Below, piece after piece: positions 20,479-30,594 of a stretch of DNA of 64,000 bases. Both the position numbers and the translations under genes were made by a program. Below the pieces are notes generated by a model that ran no database searches, was not told the DNA's origin, and was given only the letters and a program-made list of their open reading frames with translations. The DNA lies in assembly GCA_965116925.1 (NCBI GenBank), contig OZ220744.1:3040001-3104000 (forward strand), in the 5' to 3' direction. Positions within the stretch are counted from its first letter, which is position 1. Every line of letters begins with the position of its first letter. This DNA is from Candidatus Poribacteria bacterium (GTDB lineage: Bacteria > Poribacteria > WGA-4E > PCPOR2b).

Positions 20479-22590
20479 CTAAAACATCGTAGACCACCGC
20501 ATATTGAATTGAGGTGTCCGTCCCGACTCAAGAGCTTGGGCCCAGTTTAGTTTCCAATTGCTTCCTATCAGTAAGCCAACACCCAGATTAATCTTCGGAT
20601 CGGAGATGCTAACTTCGTCTAACTTGTTCCATGCCTGTCCCGCATCAATGAAAAATGTGACGAATGCCCCGTCGCTAATATAGTCGGTTACGTGATGACG
20701 ATACTCCACATTGAGCAGCATACCTTGGTTACCGGCAAATTCATAAAGGTCATACCCACGAAGCGATCCAGGTCCCCCAAGAATAAATTGGCGTTGAACC
20801 GGCAGGTCCTTCGCTGAAAGTCCAATTTTCAAACGGAGGTCAAGCATATGCCGGTCGCCGATCGGTTGGTAACGTCTGGAATGCAGCTCGAATCGTGTAA
20901 AATCAAAATCAGAACCCACAGCTGAATTGCCGTGCTCTACCGCAAAGGTGTTGTACCAACCCTCGTTGTCAAAACGACTATCGAAATCATATCTCAAAGC
21001 AATGCTCCGCATTTGGCCTGGCGTTATTGGTGTATTTTCTTCTTTGTCTGATGTCCATCGAAAAAGGGACCAATCTGTTGTTTTGGTCAGGCTTTCGTGG
21101 TTTTCATTGACCGCAGCCAGTTCTAGGGAGTGGGGGAACACCTCTGGTTGCCATCGTAACGAGATCTCAGAACCTTCCCTCAGATAATAGTCTCGAAAAT
21201 CTCCTCCATATAAAAAGGCAGTCAGCAGTTGTTCGTCATCGTCTAGTAAGATATCTGGATCTCTTACCGATGTCAGGCGATGGAATTGAAACCTAAGGAT
21301 TAGATTCCGGTTAACCCCTCCTAACAATCTTGCCTCCCCACCCGCTTCATAGTTCAATTTTTTATTTGAAAAACCGTAACTCAAAGCACCAAAAAGCCTC
21401 GGTTGAAGTGGTATCTCAACCTCCGGCGGCTTCGACAGTTCGAGGCGAGGACCCAGTCGAAACCCGTGAACCCGATTAAACCTACCACTCATTGAGAGGT
21501 TCATTATGCCATCCGGCACGGGTTCTTCTGCCGCTATTTTTTCCTCTACTGTAATTGTTACAATCCGTTTATCTCCTTCCTTATGGATATGCCAGTCCGT
21601 GCGCCTAATATACGGAAGGATAGCCTCCATTGTTTTTATGGCATTGCGGATGTCATCTGGTCCCTTTTCAAGAGCCTCTCTGATTTCAGAATCTCTCACC
21701 CTTTGGTTGCCCCGAATCCGAACCTCGTTGATTGGTTGCTTTTTCTTATCCAAAAAATGGGTTGATGGAAATGAAAACCCTGTGTTCCCGGAGGATTGAT
21801 CGATTGTTGAGGGAGTTGCGCCATCAGGTTGTTTTTCCAACGGTCTTGCCCGTTCCTTGTTACCAAACCCGTCTTGATGTGCTTGGAGCGAGTTGTCTTC
21901 TAAGGAGTTAAGTTGTGGGATTCCCACCCCAAGGTCCTCAAGGTTTCTTAATAATTCATCAATTCGCTGTGGATGCAAATGTCCGACGATGTTCACCAGG
22001 TGCGTTTCAGTTTCTCCTGTAACCATCACAAAAAGACCGTCGATTGTTTCTATATTGAGTAGGACCCATATCTGAATTTTCTCACTGTCTTCCTTGATCT
22101 TGGCAAAGGCTTCCCAACCCCGTTTTTGCAGCACCCGTTCATAGTAACGAATCATTGGGTCGAAGCTTGCGGCATCACCGGAGTAGCTACGGACATATAC
22201 CCCCTCTAGCATTGCGATTAATTCGGCAATTTCAGGTTCGTATTCCGTCGTTTTGGAGACGAATGCGATTAACTCACGGTCTAGGTTCACTTCAATTTTT
22301 GGTTTTAGGGGAATTGGTCCATTAAAAGTGACAACACCTCCTTCCGCTTCTTGCGTCTTTCCGGGTCCTATCCAGTCGAGAATAGATTCAACCTGTGGTT
22401 TTAGGGGAATTGGGAAATCGAAGGTGATAACACCTCTTGCTGTTTCTTCTGTTTTTGCATCCTCCACCCAGCCAAGAACAGAAAAAAAGAAAATGAGCGA
22501 CAGGATGACAATAGGACGACAGTTTGCATAGTGCTTCACGGCTTGTTTTCCCTTTCTCATTGAGGTTTGTTTCTTACCTTGGTTTATCAC
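20479..22590 (-). CDS. DUF4252-like domain fused to POTRA and an Omp85/BamA-TamA family beta-barrel
   Basis: N-terminal domain aligns with 23218 and 23968 (EVNL..LI..LEGVYVR...VNIVG); POTRA-like 'INEVRIRGNQRV'; barrel with LRGY loop motif and terminal Phe; start uncertain. Confidence 0.75.
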   Translation of the reverse strand: MINQGKKQTSMRKGKQAVKHYANCRPIVILSLIFFFSVLGWVEDAKTEETARGVITFDFPIPLKPQVESILDWIGPGKTQEAEGGVVTFNGPIPLKPKIEVNLDRELIAFVSKTTEYEPEIAELIAMLEGVYVRSYSGDAASFDPMIRYYERVLQKRGWEAFAKIKEDSEKIQIWVLLNIETIDGLFVMVTGETETHLVNIVGHLHPQRIDELLRNLEDLGVGIPQLNSLEDNSLQAHQDGFGNKERARPLEKQPDGATPSTIDQSSGNTGFSFPSTHFLDKKKQPINEVRIRGNQRVRDSEIREALEKGPDDIRNAIKTMEAILPYIRRTDWHIHKEGDKRIVTITVEEKIAAEEPVPDGIMNLSMSGRFNRVHGFRLGPRLELSKPPEVEIPLQPRLFGALSYGFSNKKLNYEAGGEARLLGGVNRNLILRFQFHRLTSVRDPDILLDDDEQLLTAFLYGGDFRDYYLREGSEISLRWQPEVFPHSLELAAVNENHESLTKTTDWSLFRWTSDKEENTPITPGQMRSIALRYDFDSRFDNEGWYNTFAVEHGNSAVGSDFDFTRFELHSRRYQPIGDRHMLDLRLKIGLSAKDLPVQRQFILGGPGSLRGYDLYEFAGNQGMLLNVEYRHHVTDYISDGAFVTFFIDAGQAWNKLDEVSISDPKINLGVGLLIGSNWKLNWAQALESGRTPQFNMRWSTMF

Positions 22591-22602
22591 ATTGTATCAT
22601 AC

Positions 22603-23187
22603 CTATTCTGAGGCTGGCAAACGGACACCATATTGTCCGAGATTTGCGTTCAGTTCGGCAAAGAATTCAGGACGGATATCGCACACAATCCGAACTACAT
22701 GCATCTCATTTTCTTCAATCGCAACTATAAAGATTCCACGGAACCTGTTTGCATCGTATTTTGCATAAATGCAGGAGCTCTGCTGCCCTTCATAAACGCG
22801 GGTGATTAAGGTCCACTTTTTCTGACGCATCAGATCGGCATAGAGGTTAAAAATTTCAGCCTTATGCACTTCGGACGATTGATCCAAAGTGAAGCGGCTT
22901 ACTTGAACGCTTTTTACTCCGCGAATCGCGAGCGTTGCTGCCCGATTTTCATCTTCACCCACAGATGTGCTTAGGCGTTTGAGTAACCACCAGCCGGGGC
23001 CCCCAATACCAAACCCTACCTCTTTATGAACGTGGTTTAATCGATCGGCACGAGTAGTATCCCCACCGCCTCCTAACAGACAGCCACAACCTATATTTAC
23101 TACGAGGAGGAGAAGGTAGATAAAAGACGAAAAATGTAAAGTGTGATTGGCTAATCTATTTTTCATGATTTTTCCGAGTACCATCAA
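22603..23187 (-). CDS. DUF4252-like putative lipoprotein
   Basis: Signal ending IGCGC; 'GVKSVQV..F', 'W..I.RV.E', 'GIFIV.IE..E..VV.I' pattern shared with neighbours. Confidence 0.6.
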   Translation of the reverse strand: MMVLGKIMKNRLANHTLHFSSFIYLLLLVVNIGCGCLLGGGGDTTRADRLNHVHKEVGFGIGGPGWWLLKRLSTSVGEDENRAATLAIRGVKSVQVSRFTLDQSSEVHKAEIFNLYADLMRQKKWTLITRVYEGQQSSCIYAKYDANRFRGIFIVAIEENEMHVVRIVCDIRPEFFAELNANLGQYGVRLPASE

Positions 23188-23217
23188 AACGCATTTGGCA
23201 ACGTAGGGGACTTGCCA

Positions 23218-23820
23218 CTATTCTTTTTGGGGCTCATCCTTTTTCGAGGACTTTGACATGCCATCAGTCTCGATATCCATGCCTTCAATATGAGGTAGAC
23301 CAAGGTTGTCTAGGTTTGTAAGTAATTCGCCAATCCGTTCTGGGTTGATTTCACCAACGATATTTACGAGGGTTACTTCTATCTCTCCTGCAACCATAAC
23401 GAAAAGCCCCAATATGGTATCTTTGCCAAGTAATATACGTACCTGAACGGTCTCACCCTCCTCTTTGATTTTGGCGATGATCTCCCATTTCTCTTTTTCT
23501 AGCTTATCCTCGTAATGACGGGTTAATTCATTAAAAGTTGTGGTGTCATTTTCATAGACGCGGACATATACGCCTTTTAGCATGTTAAGTAATTCCGTAA
23601 CCTCTGGGTTCGGTTTCGCTGCCTTAGCAACGAGTGAGATTAACTTCCCACTTAAGTTGACTTCAACTTTTGCTTCCAAGGCGTTTGGAAAGTCAAATGC
23701 AACGAGCCCCTTTGTTTTTTCTTTCTCTTTTTGCGCTGCAGCAAATACTTCACCACCGGCAATGATGTCCACAAAAAACAGGAGGGATGCGAGCACCGCA
23801 ATTTGTGAAATGTGTCTCAT
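23218..23820 (-). CDS. DUF4252-like exported protein
   Basis: Signal peptide; VEVNL..KLI...LKGVYVRVY...WE.I.KIKE...VNIVGEI.PERIG. Confidence 0.75.
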   Translation of the reverse strand: MRHISQIAVLASLLFFVDIIAGGEVFAAAQKEKEKTKGLVAFDFPNALEAKVEVNLSGKLISLVAKAAKPNPEVTELLNMLKGVYVRVYENDTTTFNELTRHYEDKLEKEKWEIIAKIKEEGETVQVRILLGKDTILGLFVMVAGEIEVTLVNIVGEINPERIGELLTNLDNLGLPHIEGMDIETDGMSKSSKKDEPQKE

Positions 23821-23967
23821 GGTGTGGTTCCTTTTAAACAAAGCACGGACGCATATTCATGTTCATTTTGATAGGTTCTCCGTCAAATTGAATATTGACG
23901 GATAAGGATTTCAGTATCCAAGAGGACAGGGTTCCAACACCTTTTAGTGTCCCTGTGGATTGTCGTC

Positions 23968-24561
23968 TTAGCTATCTTTGTTTGATTGGCTCGGTTCAGT
24001 GTCAATCTTGAGATCCTTGAGCTTGGGCAGATCTAGGTTCAGATTCATATTTTCCAAATTGCTGATGATGTCACCAATGATGTCACCAACTTTTTCAAAG
24101 TCGATATGCCCGAAAATATTTACAAAGAGCGTTTCCTTAGCCCCGGTGACCATAATAAAAACACCGCTAACTATCTCTTCATCAAAGAGCAAAGCAACCC
24201 GGATGATCGCATCTCCCTCTTTAGCTTTGACGATGGTTTCCCATTCGCCTGCTTTCAGTTTGTTCTCATAGTGACGAAGCATCTGATCAAGATTCTCGCC
24301 ATTCTCGTATCCCCGAACATATAGCCCTTGAATCATTGCCACTAATTTGCCAATTTCCGGCTCGTGCTCCACAGATTTAGTAAAGAGTGTGAACAGTTTG
24401 CTGCTCACGTTCACTTCAATTATCGCTTCGGATACATCGGAAAAGTCGAAATTGATGCGCCCTTTAATATTTTCATCTTGTGTTTCAGCAATCCCGCTTC
24501 CGACGGTAAAAAGGAGGGATAGCAGCACAACAAGTTGTGTGAAGTTTATACATCGTTTCAT
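23968..24561 (-). CDS. DUF4252-like exported protein
   Basis: Paralog of 23218-23820 (IEVNV..KL...IQGLYVRGY...WETIVK.KE...VNIFG.ID). Confidence 0.75.
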   Translation of the reverse strand: MKRCINFTQLVVLLSLLFTVGSGIAETQDENIKGRINFDFSDVSEAIIEVNVSSKLFTLFTKSVEHEPEIGKLVAMIQGLYVRGYENGENLDQMLRHYENKLKAGEWETIVKAKEGDAIIRVALLFDEEIVSGVFIMVTGAKETLFVNIFGHIDFEKVGDIIGDIISNLENMNLNLDLPKLKDLKIDTEPSQSNKDS

Positions 24562-24611
24562 GAGTCATTTTCTCCTAAATACGTTGAAGGTTATGGAAAT
24601 GAGGAACAGCA

Positions 24612-25262
24612 TCATTCAGGCGACTGATTATTGCTATAATCCTCATCGTTACCAGTGGAACTATCTGTCAATTTGTTGAGTATGACAAGGCTACGTTGAA
24701 TTGTTTCTGAAGAGTTAATTTCATCTATTGTAAGCATTAACGCTCTGCGTGGTGCCTCCCTAACCTGATCTGTGGAAAGGCGTTTGTCGATGGCTAGTCC
24801 TGTTTTTCGCATCGCGTAGCGCACAGTGATCAAGGCATAGCTGAGTTCGTGAGTAGCCTGTTCAATTTGTAAAGATTGCTGATGATGCTGGTATGCGCCA
24901 AATGTTACGAGGATAATGAGACTAGCGGTTACGGTTCCAACCGCAACCGGGCGAATGGACAATCCACGTAGGGCTTGCTTTAATGAATCGAACCACCCTT
25001 GAGTAGTGGGCTCTGGATGAGAGTGAACATAGGCAGCGACTTGGTCAAAAACCTCGGCAGGTGGTTGGGGTCGTGGCAATTCTTGCAACGCCTCATCGAC
25101 CTCAAGCGCGAAGTCCAACTCGTTTTGGCAATCTGGACATGTAGCTACATGTGTCTCAATTGCCGCTTGAGCGTCGGCGTTCAGTTCACCGGCAAGGTAT
25201 TCTTCCAGAACTGAATGCACGTATTCACAGCGTATTGTTTGTGTTGTCGAATGTCGCTGCAT
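24612..25262 (-). CDS. Zinc-finger (zf-HC2) transmembrane anti-sigma factor
   Basis: HVATCPDC (HxxxCxxC), one TM helix, directly after the ECF sigma gene. Confidence 0.88.
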   Translation of the reverse strand: MQRHSTTQTIRCEYVHSVLEEYLAGELNADAQAAIETHVATCPDCQNELDFALEVDEALQELPRPQPPAEVFDQVAAYVHSHPEPTTQGWFDSLKQALRGLSIRPVAVGTVTASLIILVTFGAYQHHQQSLQIEQATHELSYALITVRYAMRKTGLAIDKRLSTDQVREAPRRALMLTIDEINSSETIQRSLVILNKLTDSSTGNDEDYSNNQSPE

Positions 25263-25266
25263 TAAG

Positions 25267-25809
25267 TTATCTCCCCATAAGATTTCCCAGTATGTCCCGT
25301 AACCTCTTTTTCGCCCGAAACATGTTCGATTTCACTGTGCCGACAGGCTGATTTAGCGTTTCCGCAATCACTTCAAAACTTAGTCCTTCTATTTCGCGCA
25401 TAACGACAACCGTGCGAAAATGGAGGGGAAGTTGAGCAATCGCTTGTCGAACCAACTGTTGACGTTCCTGCCTGATGTAGAGCTCCTCCGGCGACAGATT
25501 TGATGATTCAGATGCCGTGCCCTCGTGCTGATGGTGAACCAGTGTTTCAATTTCTTCCGTATCCCCCATCGTTAGCGGTACTTGAAATCTGCGCCGGCGT
25601 AATAGGTCAACACATAAATTATTGGCGCATTTGAGCAGCCACGATTGAACTGTCTCAAGGCGTAATTCAGCGTTGGAATTCCACGCTTTGATGAAAGTCT
25701 CCTGAGTCACGTCTTTCGCGTCATCTGGGCTATTGAGCAGGTACAGCGCGTGTTGATAGATCTGTGCTTGATGCTGCTTGACGAGATCAAGAAATACCTC
25801 CTCTGGCAT
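25267..25809 (-). CDS. ECF-family RNA polymerase sigma factor
   Basis: DAKDVTQETFIKAW, SWL...A.NLC.D..RRR, EGLSFEVIA..L..PVGTVKSN.FRAK. Confidence 0.95.
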   Translation of the reverse strand: MPEEVFLDLVKQHQAQIYQHALYLLNSPDDAKDVTQETFIKAWNSNAELRLETVQSWLLKCANNLCVDLLRRRRFQVPLTMGDTEEIETLVHHQHEGTASESSNLSPEELYIRQERQQLVRQAIAQLPLHFRTVVVMREIEGLSFEVIAETLNQPVGTVKSNMFRAKKRLRDILGNLMGR

Positions 25810-25847
25810 ATCGTGACTCCATGAGTTTTCTCTGAGGTTGCTCTTAC

Positions 25848-25873
25848 TACGAATGGCACGACAAAAAGTTGCA
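25848..25873 (-). promoter_or_regulatory. Putative autoregulatory ECF promoter TGCAAC-N16-CGTA
   Basis: SigW-like -35 AAC and -10 CGTA with 16-bp spacer, about 40 bp upstream of the sigma gene. Confidence 0.6.
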
Positions 25874-26081
25874 TCAAAGGTTGAAAAATTAGTAAATTAT
25901 GAGATGTAGTGGTCTGAGCAAAAAGGTGAATCAGCGTGGCAAAGATAGAAAACCTTCTTGACAATTATTTGGCATCATACTATACTTAGCCCAAAACATC
26001 AACCGAACAGAAATTTACAACTTCCTTGATCCAATCAGGACGCGATTAAACGAACACACTGATCAGAGCTTTGCAGCCCTT

Positions 26082-27089
26082 ATGAATATCCGATATCAAG
26101 TCACCGACCTCAAACTGGTTCACCCCTTCAAAATCGCCCGGCGAGCCGTTGACGAATTCCGTCAAGTGATTTCTGTGGAGATTGATGGCGGACTTGGTGA
26201 GACGGCTCCCGCGCGCTTCTACGGCGAAACCGTCGAAACGGTTCAGGTTGCATTTGACCTCCTCGATGCAGGTCTTGATGGAGATCTCGACCCGATTGAG
26301 AGCGTCATGTCAGAGCTTGAATCGATTCTCGGACGCAACTACGCTGCAAAATCCGCGATTGATATGGCACTGCACGACCGGCTTGGAAAAAAGTTAGGCG
26401 TACCGCTTTATCAACTCTGGGGACTTGATCCGAAGGCTACGCCGCTTTCAACTTTCACAATCGGGATTGATGAGCCGGAGATAATGCAGCAAAAGGTGCG
26501 TGAAGCGGAGGCGTATCCTCTCCTCAAAGTCAAACTCGGCACCCATCGTGACTTAGAACTCATCCGTGCACTCCGTGAGGTCACGGATAAGCCGATCTAC
26601 GTGGATGCCAACACGGCGTGGACACCCAAAGAAGCAGTGCGTAAGATTAGTGAGCTTGCTCCTTACGGTGTCGAACTGATTGAACAACCCACAAAGCCGG
26701 ACGATCTGGAGGGGTTAAAGTTTGTGCGTGAGCATTCAGAACTTCCGATTTTTGCCGATGAAAGTGTGAAACGTGCCGCCGATATACCTTCGCTGGTCGG
26801 TTGTGTTGATGGTATTAATATTAAGCTGGTCAAATGCGGTGGTCTGCTCGAAGCGATGCGAATCATCCACATTGCGCGAGCGCATGGACTGCAAGTGATG
26901 ATTGGTTGTATGATAGAAAGCTCCCTAGGCATTACCGCAGCAGCACATCTCACACCGCTTGTGGATTACGCAGACCTGGATGGACATCTACTAGTTGCAA
27001 ATGATCCATATCGTGGCGTAACACTTGAGAAAGGCAAACTCGTCTTACCCAATCTACCCGGAATTGGAGTTGTTCCCGTTGAGGGTTAG
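26082..27089 (+). CDS. Dipeptide (L-Ala-D/L-Glu) epimerase, enolase superfamily
   Basis: LKVKLG, VDAN, IEQP, ADES, INIKL.KCGG, GCMIES, DLDG. Confidence 0.92.
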   Translation: MNIRYQVTDLKLVHPFKIARRAVDEFRQVISVEIDGGLGETAPARFYGETVETVQVAFDLLDAGLDGDLDPIESVMSELESILGRNYAAKSAIDMALHDRLGKKLGVPLYQLWGLDPKATPLSTFTIGIDEPEIMQQKVREAEAYPLLKVKLGTHRDLELIRALREVTDKPIYVDANTAWTPKEAVRKISELAPYGVELIEQPTKPDDLEGLKFVREHSELPIFADESVKRAADIPSLVGCVDGINIKLVKCGGLLEAMRIIHIARAHGLQVMIGCMIESSLGITAAAHLTPLVDYADLDGHLLVANDPYRGVTLEKGKLVLPNLPGIGVVPVEG

Positions 27090-27154
27090 ATCCGTTGAGA
27101 AATGATGTCCATACAGTCGTATCCATATCCGAGATCAGCTTTCAGGAGAACTGC

Positions 27155-28738
27155 ATGAGCAAAGCCCAGTTACTAAGAGATCATAAAATCGGAAATATTA
27201 ATAATTTATATTGGAACTTATCGACACCTACCCTATATGAAGAAGCCCTCAGGCGGGGCGAAGGGCAAATTGCTCAATTTGGTCCCTTTATCGTCGAAAC
27301 ACTACCCCACACAGGCCGTTCACCCAACGACAAATTTATCGTTGAACACTCATCCAATCGAGATAAAATCTCGTGGGGCAAAGTCAACCGTCCCATCTCC
27401 GAAGAACACTTTGATCGCGTGTATAATCACATGCTCACTTACATCCAAGGGCGTGATGTCTTTGTGCAAGATTGCTATGCCGGTGCTGATCCCCAACACC
27501 GTATCACCGTCCGTGCCATCACCGAATATGCGTGGCACAGTCTGTTTACCCAAAGTCTCCTCATCCCCGCCGACAAGTTGTCCCCAGACCGCTCACCTGA
27601 CTTTACAATTATTGATTTTCCGGGGCTCCACGCGAATCCTGAATTACACGGCACGAACTCGGCAACCTTTATCCTTGTGAATTTTGAACGGAATTTGGTG
27701 CTTATTGGCGGCACAAGATACGCCGGAGAGATAAAGAAATCGGCGTTCACATACCTCAATTACCTATTGCCGAGTCAAGGCGTACTGCCGATGCACTGCT
27801 CGGCGAACCTTGGCCCCGATGAAGATGTCGCTCTTTTCTTCGGGTTGTCCGGAACAGGAAAAACGACGCTCTCCTCTGCACCGGGGAGACAACTTATCGG
27901 CGATGACGAGCACGGTTGGGGTGATCACGGCGTTTTCAACTTTGAGGGCGGCTGCTACGCAAAGACAATCAACCTTTCCAAAGAGGCGGAGCCGGAGATT
28001 TACGCCTGCACCCATAAGTTCGGAACGGTGTTAGAGAACGTGATTCTCGATCCGGTAACGCGCCGAATCGATCTCGATGATGATTCATTAACCGAAAATA
28101 CCCGTGCGGGATACCCAATTACCCACCTCGATAATATTGTTTCGGAAGGTGTTGGTGGACATCCGAAGAACCTGATCATGCTCACATGCGATGCGTTTGG
28201 CGTAATGCCTCCTGTCGCCAAATTAACGACCGAACAAGCGATGTACCATTTCCTTTCAGGATATACCGCAAAAGTTGCTGGTACTGAACAGGGATTGGGA
28301 GACCGGCCCGAAGCGACCTTCAGTCACTGCTTTGGTGATCCGTTTATGCCACTCGATCCCGCTGTATATGCCGATATGCTTGGCGAAAAGATAGATCAGC
28401 ATCAGGTGGATTGCTGGTTGATAAATACCGGCTGGAGTGGTGGTGCCTATGGCGAAGGTTCACGAATGAAGATTGCGTACACCCGCGCCATCGTTGATGC
28501 AGTTTTGAAGGGCAAGCTGGCGGATGTCCCAACAGAGCCGGATCCGATTTTCAGGATCCATGTGCCAACCGTCTGCAAAGGTGTACCATCCCAAGTTCTC
28601 AAACCACGTAACACATGGAAAGATGGTACAGCTTACGACCGCCAAGCACGAGAGCTGGCTAAGATGTTTACGGAAAACTTTGAGCAATTCGCCGGTAGCG
28701 CGACAGAGGAGGTCCGAGCGGCAGGACCCAAAATCTAA
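27155..28738 (+). CDS. pckA: Phosphoenolpyruvate carboxykinase (ATP)
   Basis: TGRSPNDK, YAGEIKK, FFGLSGTGKTTLS, LIGDDEHGW, NFEGGCYAK; ATG 27155 after AGGAG. Confidence 0.97.
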   Translation: MSKAQLLRDHKIGNINNLYWNLSTPTLYEEALRRGEGQIAQFGPFIVETLPHTGRSPNDKFIVEHSSNRDKISWGKVNRPISEEHFDRVYNHMLTYIQGRDVFVQDCYAGADPQHRITVRAITEYAWHSLFTQSLLIPADKLSPDRSPDFTIIDFPGLHANPELHGTNSATFILVNFERNLVLIGGTRYAGEIKKSAFTYLNYLLPSQGVLPMHCSANLGPDEDVALFFGLSGTGKTTLSSAPGRQLIGDDEHGWGDHGVFNFEGGCYAKTINLSKEAEPEIYACTHKFGTVLENVILDPVTRRIDLDDDSLTENTRAGYPITHLDNIVSEGVGGHPKNLIMLTCDAFGVMPPVAKLTTEQAMYHFLSGYTAKVAGTEQGLGDRPEATFSHCFGDPFMPLDPAVYADMLGEKIDQHQVDCWLINTGWSGGAYGEGSRMKIAYTRAIVDAVLKGKLADVPTEPDPIFRIHVPTVCKGVPSQVLKPRNTWKDGTAYDRQARELAKMFTENFEQFAGSATEEVRAAGPKI

Positions 28739-28799
28739 TCGGCTATACAATCGATGAATCTGGATCTGTTTCACACATCATACGAGAAAGGATCTTAAA

Positions 28800-29510
28800 A
28801 TGGCTGAAAAACGATTTGCGATTGTCACCGGCGGTACTGGCGCGTTGGGAACGGTTGTCACAGAAGCCCTGCTCAGAGAAGGCTACCAAGTCGCAGTCCC
28901 TTACACTTCTGAGCGCAATATCGAACCATTTGAACGTCAGATTGGGGACCTCAAAGCCCAAGTAACACTGGTTCGCACAGACCTGACGGTTGAAACCGAA
29001 GTCCAAAATTTCGTCCAAACCGTATTGGACAAATTCGGTCAAATCGACGTTTTGGTGAATACGGTCGGCGGTTTTGTCGGCGGCATCCCAGTCGCCGAAA
29101 TGCCAGAGGAACGATGGGATTTCATGATGGATCTGAACCTGAAATCGATCTTTCTCTGCTGCAAAGCGGTGCTGCCGCACATGATTGAGCGGAAGTGTGG
29201 GAAAATTGTGAACACCTCTGCGCGTGCAGGATTAAGTGGGATTGCTGGATTGAGTGCCTATTCCGTCTCCAAAAACGGGGTGCGAATTCTCACAGAATCG
29301 ATTGCGGAGGAGGTCAAAGATTTAGGGATTAATGTCAATTCCTTGCTGGTGAGTATCATTGACACACCTGCGAACCGTGAGGGGATGCCCGACGAAGACC
29401 ACTCCCGATGGGTCTCGCCCGACGACATCGCCAAAGTCATCCTATTCCTTATTTCCGACGCCGCCGGTATCATCAACGGTGCAGCGATCCCTGTCTACGG
29501 CAGAGCGTAA
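28800..29510 (+). CDS. Short-chain dehydrogenase/reductase
   Basis: TGGTGALG, YSVSK, IIDTPANR. Confidence 0.9.
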   Translation: MAEKRFAIVTGGTGALGTVVTEALLREGYQVAVPYTSERNIEPFERQIGDLKAQVTLVRTDLTVETEVQNFVQTVLDKFGQIDVLVNTVGGFVGGIPVAEMPEERWDFMMDLNLKSIFLCCKAVLPHMIERKCGKIVNTSARAGLSGIAGLSAYSVSKNGVRILTESIAEEVKDLGINVNSLLVSIIDTPANREGMPDEDHSRWVSPDDIAKVILFLISDAAGIINGAAIPVYGRA

Positions 29511-29529
29511 TTGACGATAAAGGAGAAAA

Positions 29530-30594
29530 ATGCAACGACGAAAGTTTTATTTCTGGTTGTCCATTTTCTGTGTGTTGAGTCTACTAATCTCCGGCTGTGA
29601 TAATCAGAAAGGCGGGGACAAACAATCGTCTGTCCAAACCGAGACGGATCAGGAAAGCAAACCCAAAAAGAAACAGATATGGCTCTCTATTCTCGGTGGG
29701 GCAGTCGGTGGGACGTTTTCACCGTTTGCAGGTGGAATTGGGAGTGTCGTTTCAAAAGCAGAACCCACTATCAGAATCTCCGTCGAAGCGTCCGCCGGAT
29801 CCATTGAAAATGTACGGCGTGTCAATAGCGGTGGGGACTATATGGGGGTTGCGTTTGCCTCCGATGTCTATCTCGGCTATCATGGGGAAGAGGTGTTTGC
29901 CAAAGAGGGCAAGAAAGAGAATATCCGAGTGTTGACCCTGCTTTACATCGCTTACAATCAATTTGTCACCCTAGCGGACAGTGACGTACATCAATTTGAA
30001 GATATTGTCGGGAAGAAGGTTGCGATGGGAGCAGCGGGATCCGGCTCCGCACAGACACTGGAACGTCTCGCAAAATTGGCTGGAATTCACGGCAAGTTCT
30101 CACCGGTTTATAAAGGAGGAACCGCAGGGGCGGATGCCCTCCGCGATGGACAGGTGAGCGGCTTTCAATGGCTCGTCAATGCCCCCAATTCCGCTGTCAT
30201 TTATGTCTCCGAAATCAAATCTGTCCGCCTGATCGACTTCGACGCACCCGCCAAAAAATACGGATTTTACGAGAAGTATCCCTTCTATCTGCCCGGTACG
30301 CTGCCTGAGAAGGCGTACAAAGACGTCCAACCGGTGAATACATTCCTGATGCCGACAGTTCTCATCGCGCACAAAGACATCAGCGAGGAAACAGTTTACA
30401 CTATCCTGAAGCGTATGTACGACCAAGCGGGCCATCAAACGCTAGTAACTACCACCCCCGCCGCGAAGGATATGACACTCGAAAACGCACCGAAAGCGTT
30501 TGTAATCCCGCTGCACCGTGGGGCAGATCGGTTTTGGAAAGAACGGGGAGTTGAGATTCCAGAAGCGGCGCAAGCTATAGATTATAGTGAATAG
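29530..30594 (+). CDS. TAXI-family TRAP transporter solute-binding lipoprotein
   Basis: Lipobox ISGC, GGAVGGTF, SAGSIEN, G..GSGS, IPLH.GA.RFWKE. Confidence 0.9.
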   Translation: MQRRKFYFWLSIFCVLSLLISGCDNQKGGDKQSSVQTETDQESKPKKKQIWLSILGGAVGGTFSPFAGGIGSVVSKAEPTIRISVEASAGSIENVRRVNSGGDYMGVAFASDVYLGYHGEEVFAKEGKKENIRVLTLLYIAYNQFVTLADSDVHQFEDIVGKKVAMGAAGSGSAQTLERLAKLAGIHGKFSPVYKGGTAGADALRDGQVSGFQWLVNAPNSAVIYVSEIKSVRLIDFDAPAKKYGFYEKYPFYLPGTLPEKAYKDVQPVNTFLMPTVLIAHKDISEETVYTILKRMYDQAGHQTLVTTTPAAKDMTLENAPKAFVIPLHRGADRFWKERGVEIPEAAQAIDYSE

